NCBI GenBank assembly: GCA_963693365.1
Contig: CAVNZM010000011.1
Location: 310,001-374,000, forward strand
Origin: Amoebidium appalachense
Lineage: Eukaryota > Protista > Ichthyosporea
Reading direction: 5' to 3'
Length of the DNA stretch: 64,000 nt
Of this stretch, positions 1 through 13,674 are shown in pieces. A program made the translations under genes and the position numbers. Position 1 is the stretch's first letter, and the number at the start of each line of letters is the position of its first letter. A model generated the notes under the pieces. That model was not told where the DNA came from, made no database searches, and was given only the letters and a program-made list of their open reading frames with translations.

Positions 1-553
1 TTGTATCCATCCCAAATTTAGATTTATTTCCAGAGAGAGAGATGGGGGGGGGGGGGGGGGGAGGGGGGTGGCTGGCTTGCTCGAATGAACACGCCCGAGG
101 TACGTTGAGCCACATAAGGACATCAAAAGCTTTAAACGTGTTGTGCGCCAAGGCAGCTTTTTTCCAGCCTGGGGTTTGTGTTCAATCCTATTTCTACGGA
201 CTGCTCGTGGCTCGTCCCCATGACTCCCAGGGGACCTCAACCAGCGAGGCTACGACCTGTGATGTTGGGGACAGCACACAATAGGCAAATACAACAAGAA
301 AGTAAAGGCACTGCACTGTGTAATGAGCATGGTACCGTAGCACTGTGCCATCAAGATACCTGCCCGAGTGGTCTATCCACCCTTCCCCCCGTCCCTCCCC
401 TCCCCCAACCCCCCTCCCCCCCCCCCCCCCCCCACTCCCACACAGACACTCACTACCCCCCCCCCCCTCCCCCCGGCGCTTCCCCCCCTCCCCCCCCCCC
501 CCCCCTCCCCCCTAACTAAGGACACAGGTTTGCCATCACCACAGTCTCCGCCC

Positions 554-1436
554 CTACTGTGTGTGCACGTGGTGTGTGTGCTGCCACCTTGCCAGCAGAT
601 TCTCCCCCGCACTCAGCACATAGCCCAGGCCCCAGCCCACCCAGGGCCGCACCCTGCCAGTGTAGAGTTTGCCCAGGGGGCTTGCAGCAAGCAGCACGTC
701 CAGGGAGTAGTCGTCCACCTGCCGCCATATGCGCACCTGCCCGTCCTCGCACGTGCGGAAGTCCAGCCACACGTTGATGGGCACGTCCACCCACAGAAAA
801 GGCCCCGGCCACAGGTTGGGCACCCCCACCTGTCGTGGTGTTCTCGTCAGAACAACCACGGCAGGAAGTGGGAGTGGGAGTGTGTGTATGTGTGGTGTGT
901 GTGTGCGGTTTTTTTTCTTTCCTTTTCTTTTTTTGAATGGGCGGGGGGGGGGGGGGGAGGGGGGGGGGGGGGACTGCCAAGTGAATGTAGGGCGGGGGAA
1001 GCACTGAGAGGACAAAGGTGATTTCAAGTGGGACTCCGGTTTGCGCAAGCAAAGGTGCAGATAGCCCCTCCCCCTTCCCCTCCCCCCCCCCCCCCCCCCC
1101 CCCCCCCTCCCCCCCGGTCCCCTCTTCCCCCACCCCCCTCTCCCCTCCCACTCCTTCACACCCTCAACAGGCACGGGCACTCACGTGCTGCACGACCCTC
1201 ATGACCGCGTGGTCCTTCTCCACCAGCACGGTCTGCACCTCGGGCTGCATCTTCAGCAGCCACCCCGTCACCGCCAGCAGCCGCGCCAAAGTGTCCCTCC
1301 CGCGCACACACACGAGGGGGTGCTGGAACTCCACGTCGGAGGTGAAGTAGCGCTCCAGCGCAGACCGCACAAGCTCAGGCTGCCCGCTGGTGAACTGCAG
1401 AGCAACAGTTCGCAGCGTGGACTCGTTGAGAGGCAT
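554..1436 (-). CDS. NTF2/SnoaL-like fold protein, about 175 aa, 2 exons (1436-1185, 829-554)
   Basis: Exon 1 MPLNESTLRTVALQFTSGQPELVRSALERYFTSDVEFQHPLVCVRGRD has the SnoaL-type Y/F-x-x-D-x-x-F-x-H-P...G pattern. GTGAGT donor at 1184; CTGAC branch and CAG acceptor at 830-832. The join is in frame to VGVPNLWPGPFLWVDVPINVWLDF...IWRQVDDYS, ending TAG at 554-556. Family assignment is from motif recall. Confidence 0.8.
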
Positions 1437-2335
1437 GGTGGCGGACGTAGGAAAAAGGTCTTAATGAAGCAAAGGTAGAATGGGTTGCTTACACTTGTGT
1501 TGCTTTCGAAGCTAACAGCGATGGGTGAGGTACTACCGTACTACACGGCTGCCTAAGTTGCTGGGCCATAAGCTGACTGGAGCCCCCAACAAGTGGGCTG
1601 TCACGTGTACAGGCATGGTGCTGTATCGTGTACCGTAAGCGTAAGGCAACGTTGACAGTAAGCTTATGAGGTCACGGTATCGTGTGACCACCCTCGTCTC
1701 ACGCGCGTTCTTGCGCCGACACTTCTGTCCACGCACCCGGGCGATTCCAGAAAATAATCCATCACATGCATGTTTTTTCTAAATCGCGGCTAAGGGAAAG
1801 AACCGATTATAATAGACACCTTTGTTTTAACCTGTTAGCTAAACCTCTCGAAAACAGGCCTCGCTCCCTCGTGCTGACATATCGTTTAATAATTAGTGGC
1901 TCTTTGGGTCAAACAATAAGAAGCCACCACACGCACCCGACGGACAGAAGTGCGACAGAAGCATTCAATCTGCACGTGCGCCATTTGAGGTGTCCGCTTG
2001 CCACGTGGCCATGCTCCCCCGTGTGTTTCATGCACACCAGCCAAAGTAATGTCACCACATTTTGGTGCGTGCGAGTTTTAGCTGCTGTTTCAGTGCAGGC
2101 CCATGGGCAGATGCGTTTTGGTGAGGGGCAAAAATTTTGATTGCGCAAACAAGCGTTTTTGGCGGCCTTCTTGCCCAATCAAATGGCTGCGCGCGCAGAG
2201 GGAGGCAAAAAATCTCCTTTGATTGATCAGTTAACTTAAGGAGCCCGGGCCCGGCGGTTTCGACACCTCTGCCAGACACACCAAGCAGCCCCCAACGCAG
2301 GTGTTTTGCGCTTTACTACTAAAAAAAAAAGAAAG
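1437..2335. promoter_or_regulatory. Probable bidirectional promoter between the NTF2-like gene and the PWWP gene
   Basis: Repeat-free, CpG-containing interval between head-to-head genes. TTTTTGGCGG (E2F-like, about 2156), CCAATCA (about 2176) and GCGCGCGC. Probable 5'UTR intron from GTAGG at 2336 to TTGACAG at 2681. Confidence 0.5.
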
Positions 2336-2701
2336 GTAGGTGGACGAGAGGAAAAGAAGGTGGTGGTTGTAAAAAAGAAGACGGGGGAAGGGCGAGGGGT
2401 TGGTTAGTGGGGGAAGGGATTTGGTTGTGTTTTGAGAGCTTTGCCAGCAGCGGGAAGATGTGCCGGAGAGAGTGAAGCCATAGGGTGGTGGCGTCAGCTT
2501 TCGCATTAAATTAGAAAACGCCTTGTAATAACAGTGAGCTGTGAGCCGCTAGAAGGGTGGCTGGCTTATTTAAAAGCTTAAGTTTGTAAAGGCGCTGGTT
2601 TTCTCGCCTTTGCTCTGACGAGAGGGCAGGGCGTCGGTTTGGTTTTGCTGCTGACTCACACGGGGTTTCTTTTCTTGACAGGTTTCTTGACTAACACCAA
2701 C

Positions 2702-3045
2702 ATGGCTGGAAAGGACAAAGCACGTAAGTCCTCTGTCTGTTCCTGCTGTGTCTGCACCTGGGTGCTTGGGGATCTTGCGTGCCTCCTGTTTAGTTTGCGC
2801 TTGGAGACAGCAAGCCGAACTTGTTTGGTAATCATAGATTTGGAATGTGTTGTCTGGACGTTTTTGTTGCTCCTACGCACTCTGGTTTAGAGCACACAAA
2901 CATGGTGGTGAACTTTGACGATATGTCTACACGTAAGTGAACGTAAAGGCATTTGTGTTTATACTCTCAGGCACACATAAGCTCCTGCATTTTTCAACAA
3001 ACACACCCACAGACACAGACAGGCACAGACAGACAGACACACACA

Positions 3046-3086
<41 letters not shown>

Positions 3087-3165
3087 CAGCACTACACACG
3101 CATAAAGAATACACACCTGGGTGCATATACACAAACAAATACACACACACACACACACACACCCC

Positions 3166-3213
<48 letters not shown>

Positions 3214-3225
3214 AACACATGCACG

Positions 3226-3301
<76 letters not shown>

Positions 3302-6300
3302 TGCACCTCGGGCCGAATACATACCCAGTGTGACCCAAGCACTTTCGAATATGCAACTAAGTAAGCCCAGGATACACACCATCGTGCTTTTTCTTCTGTT
3401 TCGTAGCAGTGCTTAACGTTTCTCATATGCTACACCCACACTGAGCAGTGGAAAGGACCTGGAAGAAAGGGTGGGTGGTGGTTGTGGCGGTTATGCTGGT
3501 GTGGCGTGTGTGTGTGTGTGCGGAGGGGAGGGGAGGGGGGAGGGGGGAGGGGGGTCAAAGGTGTCTCTCCACAAGCCTCTTCCATGCACTTGGCATGATT
3601 GGCAAGAGAGGTTGACTGGTGCTTTGTTGCAGCGCTGATCGACTTTGAGAAGGGGGACATCGTTTGGGCCAAGGTCCCCAACCACCCCTACTGGCCAGCA
3701 ATGGTGAGTTCACAGATGTTACATGGTAGAGGCCTGTAGAGACAAACCTCTGATTTCCCCCCCCCCCCCCCCCCCCCCCCCCCTCCCCGCCCATCGTCCC
3801 CATCTCTCCCCAGCACTAGCATACCACCACTACGACCATGCAGCCCCTCCTTCTCCCCGTTGCTTCCACTGCTCCACACCCACCTATTGGGGATTGCCAT
3901 TTCTCACCCTTTTGCTGCTCCCTCACTCCGCACCCTCTTTGATTCTGCCTATTTCTGTAACGGCCCAAGGGGACATGCCCAGCAGCCCTTTTCTAGGCGA
4001 ATCATTTTCTAATGCCGTGGGTGGGTTGCAGATCGAGGAAGTCAGCGGCAAGGGCTACACGGTCAAGTTCTTTGGCACCGGCCAGACGTATGTCTCCCTG
4101 GATGTTGGCAGGGCACCAATGGGTGGGGGTGGGACGTAGAGACATGGTTATAGAGAGAAATGTAAACTGGTAAAGGAAAACAGGGGCAAGTTCAACTTGT
4201 GCTGGAATCTGTGGTTTTTTTTTTTTTTTTCCTGTGTGGGAGGGAGGGAGGGGGGGGGGAGGGGGGGGAGGGAAGGGGGGGTGTTGGGGGGGGGGGGGGG
4301 GGGAGGGTGAGAGAGAAGGAAGGGAGACTTGGTTAGAGAGGCAAACCCAGAGAGTCAAGGGCAAGTCCAACTTGTGCTGGGATCTGTGAGCATTGGGGGG
4401 GGGGGAGTGAAAGAGAAGGGAGACTTAGTCAGAGAGGCAAGCACAGAGGATCGAAGGGGTGGTGAGAGAGTAAGGGGACACTCCGTCGGTAATAGCCAAT
4501 CGGGGTGAGGGAGGGGGGTGCCGAAAGGAAGAGACTCTTGAAAGGGGAGAAGCACAGAGATGGAGTAGGGTTGTGAGATCTTGGGTGTCTGGTGATGTCA
4601 TTGTGGTATTTCCTGGGGGGTTGGAGGGGGGAAGGGGGGGGGGGAGGGGGGGGGGTTAGAGTTTAGGCAACCTGGAGGTGAGGAGATGAATGGAGAGGGA
4701 CAGGCGAGGCAGCAATGGTGTGCGTGTTGAAGCAAGGGGTGTCTTCCCCAGTCTGTGGGTGGTGTACGTTCAGTATGAAGCACAGCTGGTTGCTTCTTGA
4801 TTCTTTCGATCTTTTTGCTTGGGGAAAGAGGGGGGGGGGGGATGGGGGGAGGGTCGTGAAAAGGTGTTGGGTGTGTGTCTGTGTGTGTGTGTGTGTGTGG
4901 TGGTTTTTTTGGGGGGGTGGCGGGGTGGGAGGGGGTAGGGAAAAAGCAAAACAGAAGTGGGTGGGGCTGCAGGTTGTGGGCCGGGCTTGTGGGTGGGTGG
5001 GGGGAGGGGGGGGGGGGAGAGAGGGGGGGGGGGGGGGGGAAGGGGCTGGGAGGGGGGGGGGGGGGGGGGGGGGCAAGGGAATCGATGCCCTTCATGGGGA
5101 ATTGGGACACTCACAGATAATGGAACCAGGGGCACGATCAAGAAAGAAAACCTCAAGGACTACAAGGACAGCAAGGTATGGGCCCTGCCGTGATCGAGGG
5201 GAGGGGATTGCCGGAGTGGGATGGGCTGGGTTGGGGGGGGGGGGGGGGGGGGGGGAGGGGGAGGGGGGGGAGAAGAAGAATGAATGGGGGGGGGGGGGTA
5301 AAGAGGAATTGATGGGGGAGGGAGGGGGGGGGGGGGTAAGAGAAAAGGAATAGACAAAGCGCGGAAGGTGGGGGGGAAACTGTGAGCCTTTGCATGGAGA
5401 AATTGAGGAGCAGCGCTAGCTGCTGGAATACCGCCCTCCGCCCCGCCCCCTCTAGCTGTCCCCCTTCCCCTTCGTGTCATCCTTCCCCTTCGTGTCATCC
5501 AAATTAACACCATTCCCCACCCCACCCTACGCCGTTACATGCACGGAAACCCCTGGCTCAACCGCCCTCCCCTTCCCCCCGGCCACCCCGCCCCAGCAAC
5601 TTTATCGTCCATTATCACTCCTACCCCCCCCCTCCCCCCCCCCCCCCCCCAAACCCACCACCCACCCATCTTCTCTCTAAACCCGCCCCCCTCCTTCTCC
5701 CCCCAGCCACCCAGCCACCCACCCTCCCATCCCCTCTCCATGCACTGACCTTGTGTGCAGGATGAGCTGTCGGGCAAGAAGGTCGGGGCATCGTTCAAGG
5801 ACGCAATGATGGAGGCAGACGAGGCCAGTGCTAACCGCCCATGTGAGTGGGTGGGTGGGTGGGTGGGTGGGTGGGTGGGTGGGTGGGTGGGGGGATGGGG
5901 TGTGGGTGGGTGGGTGGGGGGGTGGTGGTGTGGGTTGGTGGGTGGGGGGGGGGGGGGGAGTAGGGTGGGTGGGTGGGGAGGGGGGTGGGGTGTGTGTGGC
6001 ACGTGGATGGGTGGGGAAAGGGGTGGTTGGTGGGAGAGTGGATGTGTATGGGTAGTTGGATGTGTGGATGGGTGGGGAGGTAGAGGTAACTGCTCGTGAA
6101 TGTGGATGGGTGAGTGGGTGTGGTGAAGTTGAAGCACACCTCTCATGTGTTTGTGTGTGTGTGTATGGTGTGTTGTGTGTGTGTGTGTGTGTGTGTGTGT
6201 GAAGAGAAGGTAACTGCCCGTGTGATTGTGTGTGTGTGGGTGGGTGGTGAGTGTGGTGTGATGTGTGTGGCGAAGTCGAAACCCTCTGCTCATGTGTGTA

Positions 6301-6331
6301 TGTGTCTGTGTGTTGAAGCAGAGGCAACACC

Positions 6332-6400
<69 letters not shown>

Positions 6401-7965
6401 GAAGTAAAGGTCACCACCCATGTGAGTGTACTCGTATGTGTGTGCATGTGTGTGTAGAGCTGTTGCATTTGTGGCGCACCATGGCCTGTATCTCCATGCT
6501 GCAGCATTCATCAGCATGGTGGTCAGTATGTGCCCATGTTGTTTGTTGCCTCCCCCTTGTCCCCGTGTCTATGCTGACCCACCCATGCACAGCCAAGCGA
6601 CCCCATGTCGAGGACCCCAAGCCCGAGCCAAAGTCCAAGCAGCCTGCTGCAAAGAAGGCAAAGACAGACCCCAAGCCAAAGGCTGAGCCCAAGCCAAAGC
6701 CGGCCCCCAAGAAGAAGGAGAGCGAAAAGAAGGAGAGTGAGGGCCAAACAAGCTTCGACTTTGATGACGAGGCAGAGAAGGCCTCAAAGAAGAAGGCCGC
6801 AGAAAAGAAGGAGGAAAAGAAAGAGGAAAAGAAGGCCCCGGCCAAGAAGGCCCCAGTGAAGAAGGAAGAAAAGAAGAAGGAGGAAAAGAAAGAGGAAACG
6901 AAAGAGGAAGAGGCCCCGGCAAAGGAAAAGAAAGCCCCGGCAAAAGAAAAGAAAGCACCAGCCAAGAAGGCAGCTGCCAAGGAAGAGAAGGAGGAAAAGG
7001 TCGAAGACAAGAAGGAGGAGGAAACCAAAGAGGAAACAGCGCCTGCTAAGAAGGGCGCGGCGGCTAAGAAGGGGGCAGCAGCTAAGAAAGAGGAGGAGGG
7101 GAAACCGGAGGAGGAGAAGGAGGAGGAGAAGAAAGACGAAAAGCCACCGGCAAAGAAGGGTGCGGCTAAGAAGGCCGCAGGTGCTAAGGAGGAAAAGAAG
7201 GAAGAGAAGAAGGAGGAGAAAGAGACAAAGGAGGAAGAGAAAAAGGAGGATAAGGCGCAGGGGAAGAGTGAGGAGGCAAATAAAGACTCAAAGGCACCGG
7301 CAAAGAAGGGTGCGGCTAAGAAAGCAGCTGCCGCCAAGGAGGAAAAGACAGAAGAGAAGAAAGAAGAGAAACCAGAGGAGCAGAAAGACGAAAAGACACA
7401 GGAGAAGGAGAAGGAGAAGGCACCCAAGGAAAAGAAACCCCCAGCAAAGAAGGGGGCAACAGCAAAGAAAGAGGTCGAGGAAAAAGCAGAAGAGAAGGAG
7501 GAAAAGAAGGAGGAGAAGAAAGAGGAAACGAAAGAGGAAAAGGCATTGGGCAAGGACAAGAAGGCCGGAGGCAAGAAGGGGGCAGCCAGTAAGGAGGAAA
7601 AGAGCGAGGACAAGAAAGAGGATGAGACGAAGGAGGGGGAGGCCAAGGAACCCGAGGCAGCCAAGGGCAAGCGAAAGGCATCTGCCGACCCCAAGGCAGA
7701 CACGAAGGTACATGCCGTGTGCCTGCATGGGCCTGCATGTGTGCTCTCGGACCGCGGGGGCTGGGGATGGGTGGGTGGGTGGGCATGTGCATGTGGGTGT
7801 CCAAGGCGGGCAGGTGTGCAAGCATGTGTGGGTGGGTGGGCACGTCCATGTGAGTGTTTGAAGGCGGCATGCCGGGGTGCCTGTGTGCTGTTAGCTGGAC
7901 TGACAAAGTTTGTTGAGCAGAAGGCCAAGACGGAGGAAGCAGCAGCCAAGAAGGCAAAGAAGTAG
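2702..7965 (+). CDS. PWWP-domain chromatin protein with long Lys/Glu/Ala low-complexity tail, about 478 aa, 7 exons (2702-2723, 3633-3703, 4032-4087, 5130-5175, 5761-5842, 6593-7707, 7921-7965)
   Basis: Spliced N-terminus MAGKDKAPLIDFEKGDIVWAKVPNHPYWPAMIEEVSGKGYTVKFFGTGQTGTIKKENLKDY...FKDAMMEA matches the PWWP consensus (GDxVWAK..xPWWPA..YxVxFFG). All introns are GT-AG with consistent phases; total 1437 nt. Confidence 0.9.
4140..4460. repeat. Degenerate tandem duplication (about 175 bp period) in PWWP intron 3
   Basis: GGGCAAGT[T/C]CAACTTGTGCTGG..ATCTGTG and AGGGAGACTT.GT.AGAGAGGCAA each occur twice, separated by G-runs. Confidence 0.7.
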
Positions 7966-8361
7966 ACCCAATGGGTGCCCTAAAGGTAGGCCATGCATAC
8001 CCCATAGTTGGGTACCTCATTCACTGCGCAGCGCAACTCACCCGTCCACCATCCTTTCGCTCCGCACACACACACACACACACACATGCACACACAATGC
8101 CATCCCTCACATACGGACACATGCAGTGTCCCATCAGAGGTGCACTTTTTACCATCATCAGTTTGGAGCTTGTGGCTGAAACAAAGCAAGACCACACTGT
8201 GTAGGCACAGGAGAGGGGGGAGGGAGCACAGGACAGGGAGGGGAATCTTGCACGTCTCTACACCCCACACCCCACCACCACCCCAGTTGCTCCCCCCCTC
8301 CCACTCACCGGTCTTCTCCTCTGTGCGACCACCCCCACATGCCAGTGCTGTTGTTGCCCCC

Positions 8362-8396
<35 letters not shown>

Positions 8397-8918
8397 CCCC
8401 CCCCCCCCCCCCCAACCCCCCCCAACCCCAAAAATCATCACACCAGACACACGGGCAAGGGGGAGAGGGGGGGGGGAGGGGGGGAAGACAAAAGGGAGAA
8501 AAAGAAGCATCGTTCAAGCCCCGTCTCCCGAACTGTTATTACTCTTTCCCCTTGGATCCAAAACCACGATCCTCTTACGGCTGTTGTCTTTTGCTGCCTG
8601 CTCACAGATGTTTGGTTGTGGTCATTAAGGGTGACCCACCCACCTTCAAATGATGGCTTCTCTGTGTTTGGTTCGTAGGGTGGTTGTGTCGAATTCCGAA
8701 GACTGACTTGACCCCCCACGGAGGGTGGGGTTTACTTGTGGTGCATGCAGTGTGTGATACCCGTCACATATCTTCATTACATGAGAGAAAGAGAGAGAGA
8801 GGGTGAGATGAAAAGAGAGAGAGGGTATTTGTTGGCCGTTCATACTCTACACGGTGTGCCGCATGCTAACCGACTGCCTCCCCCCTCCCCCCCCCCCCCC
8901 CCCCTCCCCTCTCCCCTC

Positions 8919-8949
<31 letters not shown>

Positions 8950-9196
8950 ACCCACCCATATAACCCACCCAACACCACCACCACCACACACACACACACA
9001 CACACACACCACACATGCACATGAACATGCACAGGCACAGACACGCGCACACACACACAGATACATAGCCGCCCTTGGACCCACCCTGTAGCATTAGCAA
9101 GGCCAGGCGCCTGGTAGCGCAAAGCCACACCGCATGAATCGAAGGAACGTAGTGAGTTGCTGAAATAAATATCTATGATTATCATGCCCCACTACT

Positions 9197-9241
<45 letters not shown>

Positions 9242-9653
9242 TTTTTTTTTTCCTTCCCCTCTCCCCCCCCTTCCAAAAATCACACGTGTCCGTACATGCG
9301 CGCACACGCACACACACACAGACACACCTCAACACCCGACACATACACATGCACACACACGGCTGCCGTCAAACTATCACCAACACCACACACAAACCCC
9401 GTGACACACAAACACACACACACACACACACACACACAAGGCAAGGCAAGGCGAACAATTGCAACAGTCATACATACACACAAAGTCACCGACAAGCCAC
9501 ATGCCACACAGATCATAAGAGATCTACGAAACAGACACAGAAGGGTACACGAATCTGCTACCCTTTGGCAACAGGCCACACAGACCTGCTATGGTCATTT
9601 AGTACACAAATTCACAAGGGTCACCATCCTGTCTTTGCCCCCCTCCCCTCCCC

Positions 9654-9688
<35 letters not shown>

Positions 9689-10046
9689 CGCACACACACA
9701 CACACACACAAACGCACACGCTAAGACACACACACACACACACACACGCACACGCTAAGACACACGACCATCACCACCCGCCCACACCTATCACCACAAC
9801 TTGCATGATCCTCAAATTCCCTCGACGTGATAAATCCCATCAACTTTAGATGCGGTTGATAGAATATAGGCAAGCTTGTTGTGCCTGTATGCATCCAGAA
9901 GAGTGAGTTCTCTGGGACCGTCATATGGTGCTGCAAACTATCAGGCGAGCAATTGCATAATTGCAGGTGGTTCCGTTTTTTCCAGCATTCTGGCTGCTCT
10001 GGAGTGTAAAAGGGAAAACAGTTCTGGAGACGATCATATTCAAAGC

Positions 10047-10095
<49 letters not shown>

Positions 10096-10123
10096 CGCGC
10101 GCACGCGTGTTCGTGCGTGTGTG

Positions 10124-10187
<64 letters not shown>

Positions 10188-10314
10188 TGTGTGCATGCGT
10201 GTGTGTGTGTAAAGTTTGTGGCGGCGACAGGTGGGGGGGGAGAGGGGGGGGGGAGGGGGAGGGGGGGGGGGGGAGGGAGGGGAGGCGGACGGCACGTGTT
10301 CCCCAGCCCGCCAG

Positions 10315-10390
<76 letters not shown>

Positions 10391-11516
10391 CCCCCGAAGC
10401 AAAAAAAAAAAATAAAAAAAAAAATAAAAGGAAAAGAAAGAAAGAAACAGAAAGGGAGCAAAAAAAAAGAGGAGGCACTTCTCCTTCCTCTTTTCAGAAG
10501 CTTTTTCCTATTAAGAAACTTCCATAGTTTTTGTGGATTCCTTTTCTCATACATGTACCCAATAGACTTTCTATGCGTTTTGTTACCGTTGTATGCATTG
10601 ATGTACTTTTTCATGCATTAAAAGTAGCGCGGTGCCCTTCCAAATTCCGAAATTTGGCTAAAAGGTCGGAGAGGTCTTTTCAGTTTGGATAATGTATGTT
10701 GTCTTCAAAACTAAGGTGGGCATGTACATGCATATACTTACGTGTCATGTGCGATGCCACCGAATGCCAGTTACTTGATTGTGGAGCACTGCCAGGTGGT
10801 GTGACCTGCAACATGCATATGAAAACCTTGTGTACACATGTGTTATGTGTGTGGTGTGTTACATGGTGCATGTGTAATGTTATTTATACGCCGTACTGTA
10901 CTAAACATGTGACAATGTGCGCACATGCATGCGTTCGTGTTTGCAGTGTGCGTGCGCCAGAGCGCAAGTGCACACGTCCGTGTGTGTGCGTTCGTGTGCA
11001 TGGACGTGGTCACTGAGTTCTAGGTACGGTAGACAGACCTGAATATATATCGCGGCCGTGGGCGAACTATTGCCGCATTGCCACTGTTTTGTGTGGATGT
11101 GCACACACACACGGTGCGTGTGCGTTCGCGCGCGCTTGTGCGTGTGGGTTTGTGTGTGCGTGCGTGTACATGATACCATGAATTGCTTGCAATCGTGTGT
11201 GCTTGCAGGTACTTGCATGTGCATAACAAACGTCTCGCAAATGTGCTCATTATCTGAGAGCACAAATACGGCGTGTGTACACTTAAAATTCACAGCGTGT
11301 GGCAGATATTTTCGTGTAGAACAACAAACATACTGTATTTGAGCCTTTTCTCTGCAACTTTGAGCATGTACTATCCATGTCACAGCCCGTCGTGTGTGCA
11401 TATGTGGACCGCGTGTCTCGAGAGAAGGCAGGGCACAGAGTAGACCGTGGCACCTTGAGGCCTCCTAATCTCCCGTCTACAGTAGACACGCGTGCCATGT
11501 AAGCATGGTGCGCAAT

Positions 11517-11552
11517 CGACCAATCATAAAAATAACAAGTTATGATTGGTCG
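11517..11552. promoter_or_regulatory. Perfect 13-bp inverted repeat containing head-to-head CCAAT boxes
   Basis: CGACCAATCATAA-N10-TTATGATTGGTCG, about 530 bp upstream of ZF gene 1. Confidence 0.5.
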
Positions 11553-12081
11553 TATTAAATCTCTTTGCCAACCAGAAAACTTATGCATATAGCACGATCT
11601 AATAATTGACAGGTCGGGACACGTGCACACAAGCACACGTGCGATTACGATTACACGATAAGGAAAGGGCAGGGCTGTGTGACGCGTCACCGCCGCGTAT
11701 CGAGCCAAGACAAGCTTGTGTCATGCCGCGCGTAGCGTTGAAAAAGTATAGTGACAATGTATATGGCAAACAAATGAACTTGTGCAAAGGTTCACCATAG
11801 TTAACCAATAAATAAAACCACATGCATGTGAACTTGAACTGGTCTTTGCCGTGTTGAAACGCAGTCACTGGTGGTAGCAAAAAGTGAATAATATATTCGA
11901 TTCAAGCGGTCCAAATTGTTCTTTTTTGTTTTTGGAGGTCAATCAATAGAAACCATACTGTAAGGTGTTTGTCTACACACGTGGTGCCCTTCTTCGTTCA
12001 CGCACAACTTATCTCACCATGAGGGAGGTGTGCCATTTTGTAGGGTGTGGTGCTGTTTTCTTTGGCAGCAGTAGCAGTGTC

Positions 12082-13191
12082 ATGGCCCAGATGACCCAGC
12101 ACGTCATATCCCACCCGAAAATCAACCTCACCACCCTACCACATACAGTACCCCATATTGCACCCCCAAACACGTGCTCGGAGCAATTCGCCACCCTCAA
12201 ACGGCGACTCAAACTGAAAAACAGTGCATTGTGGTCCCGTCGTGTGGTGGAGGTAGCAAGAGCACGCCGGGCCAATTTTGAAGAAATCCAAGAAAAGCCG
12301 AAAGCCGTCGTGGGGAATGAAATCCGGCGTGGACGAGCGCGGAGGGGAAGCCGCACGTATGTGCTGGGAGTGAGTGAAAGCACGAGGCCGGTGCTGGAGA
12401 GGACTGCACGCAGGGTGGCAGCTAGCAGGCAGCTGTCGGCCCCCAATCCACCGTCTGTTGTTAGCGGCTCAGAGTCAGACACGGAACTGAGCATCACCCC
12501 CACCATCAAGCCGAGACCACGCCGCCTCCTGTCCCACCAGACCACCCCCACACAGCAATACCCTCTACTCACCCCCCCACCCACTGCCCTGTGTCCACCT
12601 GTCTTCACCTTTCTACCCCCAAAGGCTCCCATCCCTTCGTTTTACTCGACACCATCTGATGGGTCTTCGCCCGTGTCATGCAGACAAAAGAATGATTCGC
12701 CGGCACCTCCTCCCAGAAAGCGAAGAAGAGTCATGTCATCCCCGAAGGTCCCCACAAATCCAGCCCCTACCCTCACACAGACCGCCACATCTGAGACAAA
12801 CGACATCCAAAAACCCAAGCCCACACGTGCACGGGCACCCTCCACACAATCAAAAGGAGCACGGCGCCGCCGTAAGCCAATCAAATTGCAGGAAGGAACC
12901 AAGGAACCAATCTGTGCAACCGTCGAAAATGGCGTCTGTCCTGTGCGTGGCTGTGGCTACAAAAGTGCGCGGCCACAGAACATGGAGAGACACATGGTGG
13001 CACACACGGGGGAGCGATCCTTCAAGTGCCCCTATCCAATGTGCGGGGCAAGATTTGGCCAGATATCTCATGTGGGTCCGCACCTAGCCAGGCACAAGGG
13101 GAAGAAACCGTACTTCTGTGGGGTCAAGGGGTGCAAGGTCAAGTATGAGAGCTCGTTTGCACTCAGGGCACACAAGAGGAAGCATCTCTAG
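12082..13191 (+). CDS. C2H2 zinc-finger protein 1, about 369 aa, single coding exon, 3 C-terminal fingers
   Basis: CPVRGC..HMVAH-TGERSF-KCPYPMC..HLARH-KGKKPY-FCGVKGC..HKRKH. Basic/Pro-Ser disordered N-terminus with NLS-like PRKRRR. In-frame alternative ATG at 12019. Confidence 0.88.
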   Translation: MAQMTQHVISHPKINLTTLPHTVPHIAPPNTCSEQFATLKRRLKLKNSALWSRRVVEVARARRANFEEIQEKPKAVVGNEIRRGRARRGSRTYVLGVSESTRPVLERTARRVAASRQLSAPNPPSVVSGSESDTELSITPTIKPRPRRLLSHQTTPTQQYPLLTPPPTALCPPVFTFLPPKAPIPSFYSTPSDGSSPVSCRQKNDSPAPPPRKRRRVMSSPKVPTNPAPTLTQTATSETNDIQKPKPTRARAPSTQSKGARRRRKPIKLQEGTKEPICATVENGVCPVRGCGYKSARPQNMERHMVAHTGERSFKCPYPMCGARFGQISHVGPHLARHKGKKPYFCGVKGCKVKYESSFALRAHKRKHL

Positions 13192-13276
13192 AGCGGTTGA
13201 TCCGTACGTGTGTGTGTGTGCCACGCACGCGCTTGTGTGTGCCGAATCTTTTTTTTTTTTTTTTTTTTTTTTTTGT

Positions 13277-13318
<42 letters not shown>

Positions 13319-13674
13319 TATTTCAGCAAGCTGAAATACTGTGGCCCATGATGAGATTTTGAGCTGGTGTGGGCAGGTGCCGGGTCGGGTGTTTGAGGTG
13401 TGGCCATGAGGATGGGTGGGTGCAATAATGGTTGTCACTTTGTGTAGACTCTGAGCTGTGATTGGTTTGTTTCCTTCCGTAGGCACGCATCCCACACCCA
13501 CCGACGTACAATGTAATAAAAGGGTGTAACATACCTTCGCCGATCTTCTTGCAGAAGAAATGATATAATGGCCAGGGCTACAGTATTTGCCTCCCTCCCC
13601 CCCTCCCCTCCCCTCCCCCCCTCCCCCCCCCCCCCCCCCCCCCCCTCTTCCCCCACCCATCCTCCCTTCTTTGT

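Noticed and set aside
6411-7949. 512-aa Phe/Ser-rich minus-strand ORF
   Set aside because: Antisense shadow of the AAG/GAG-rich PWWP exon.
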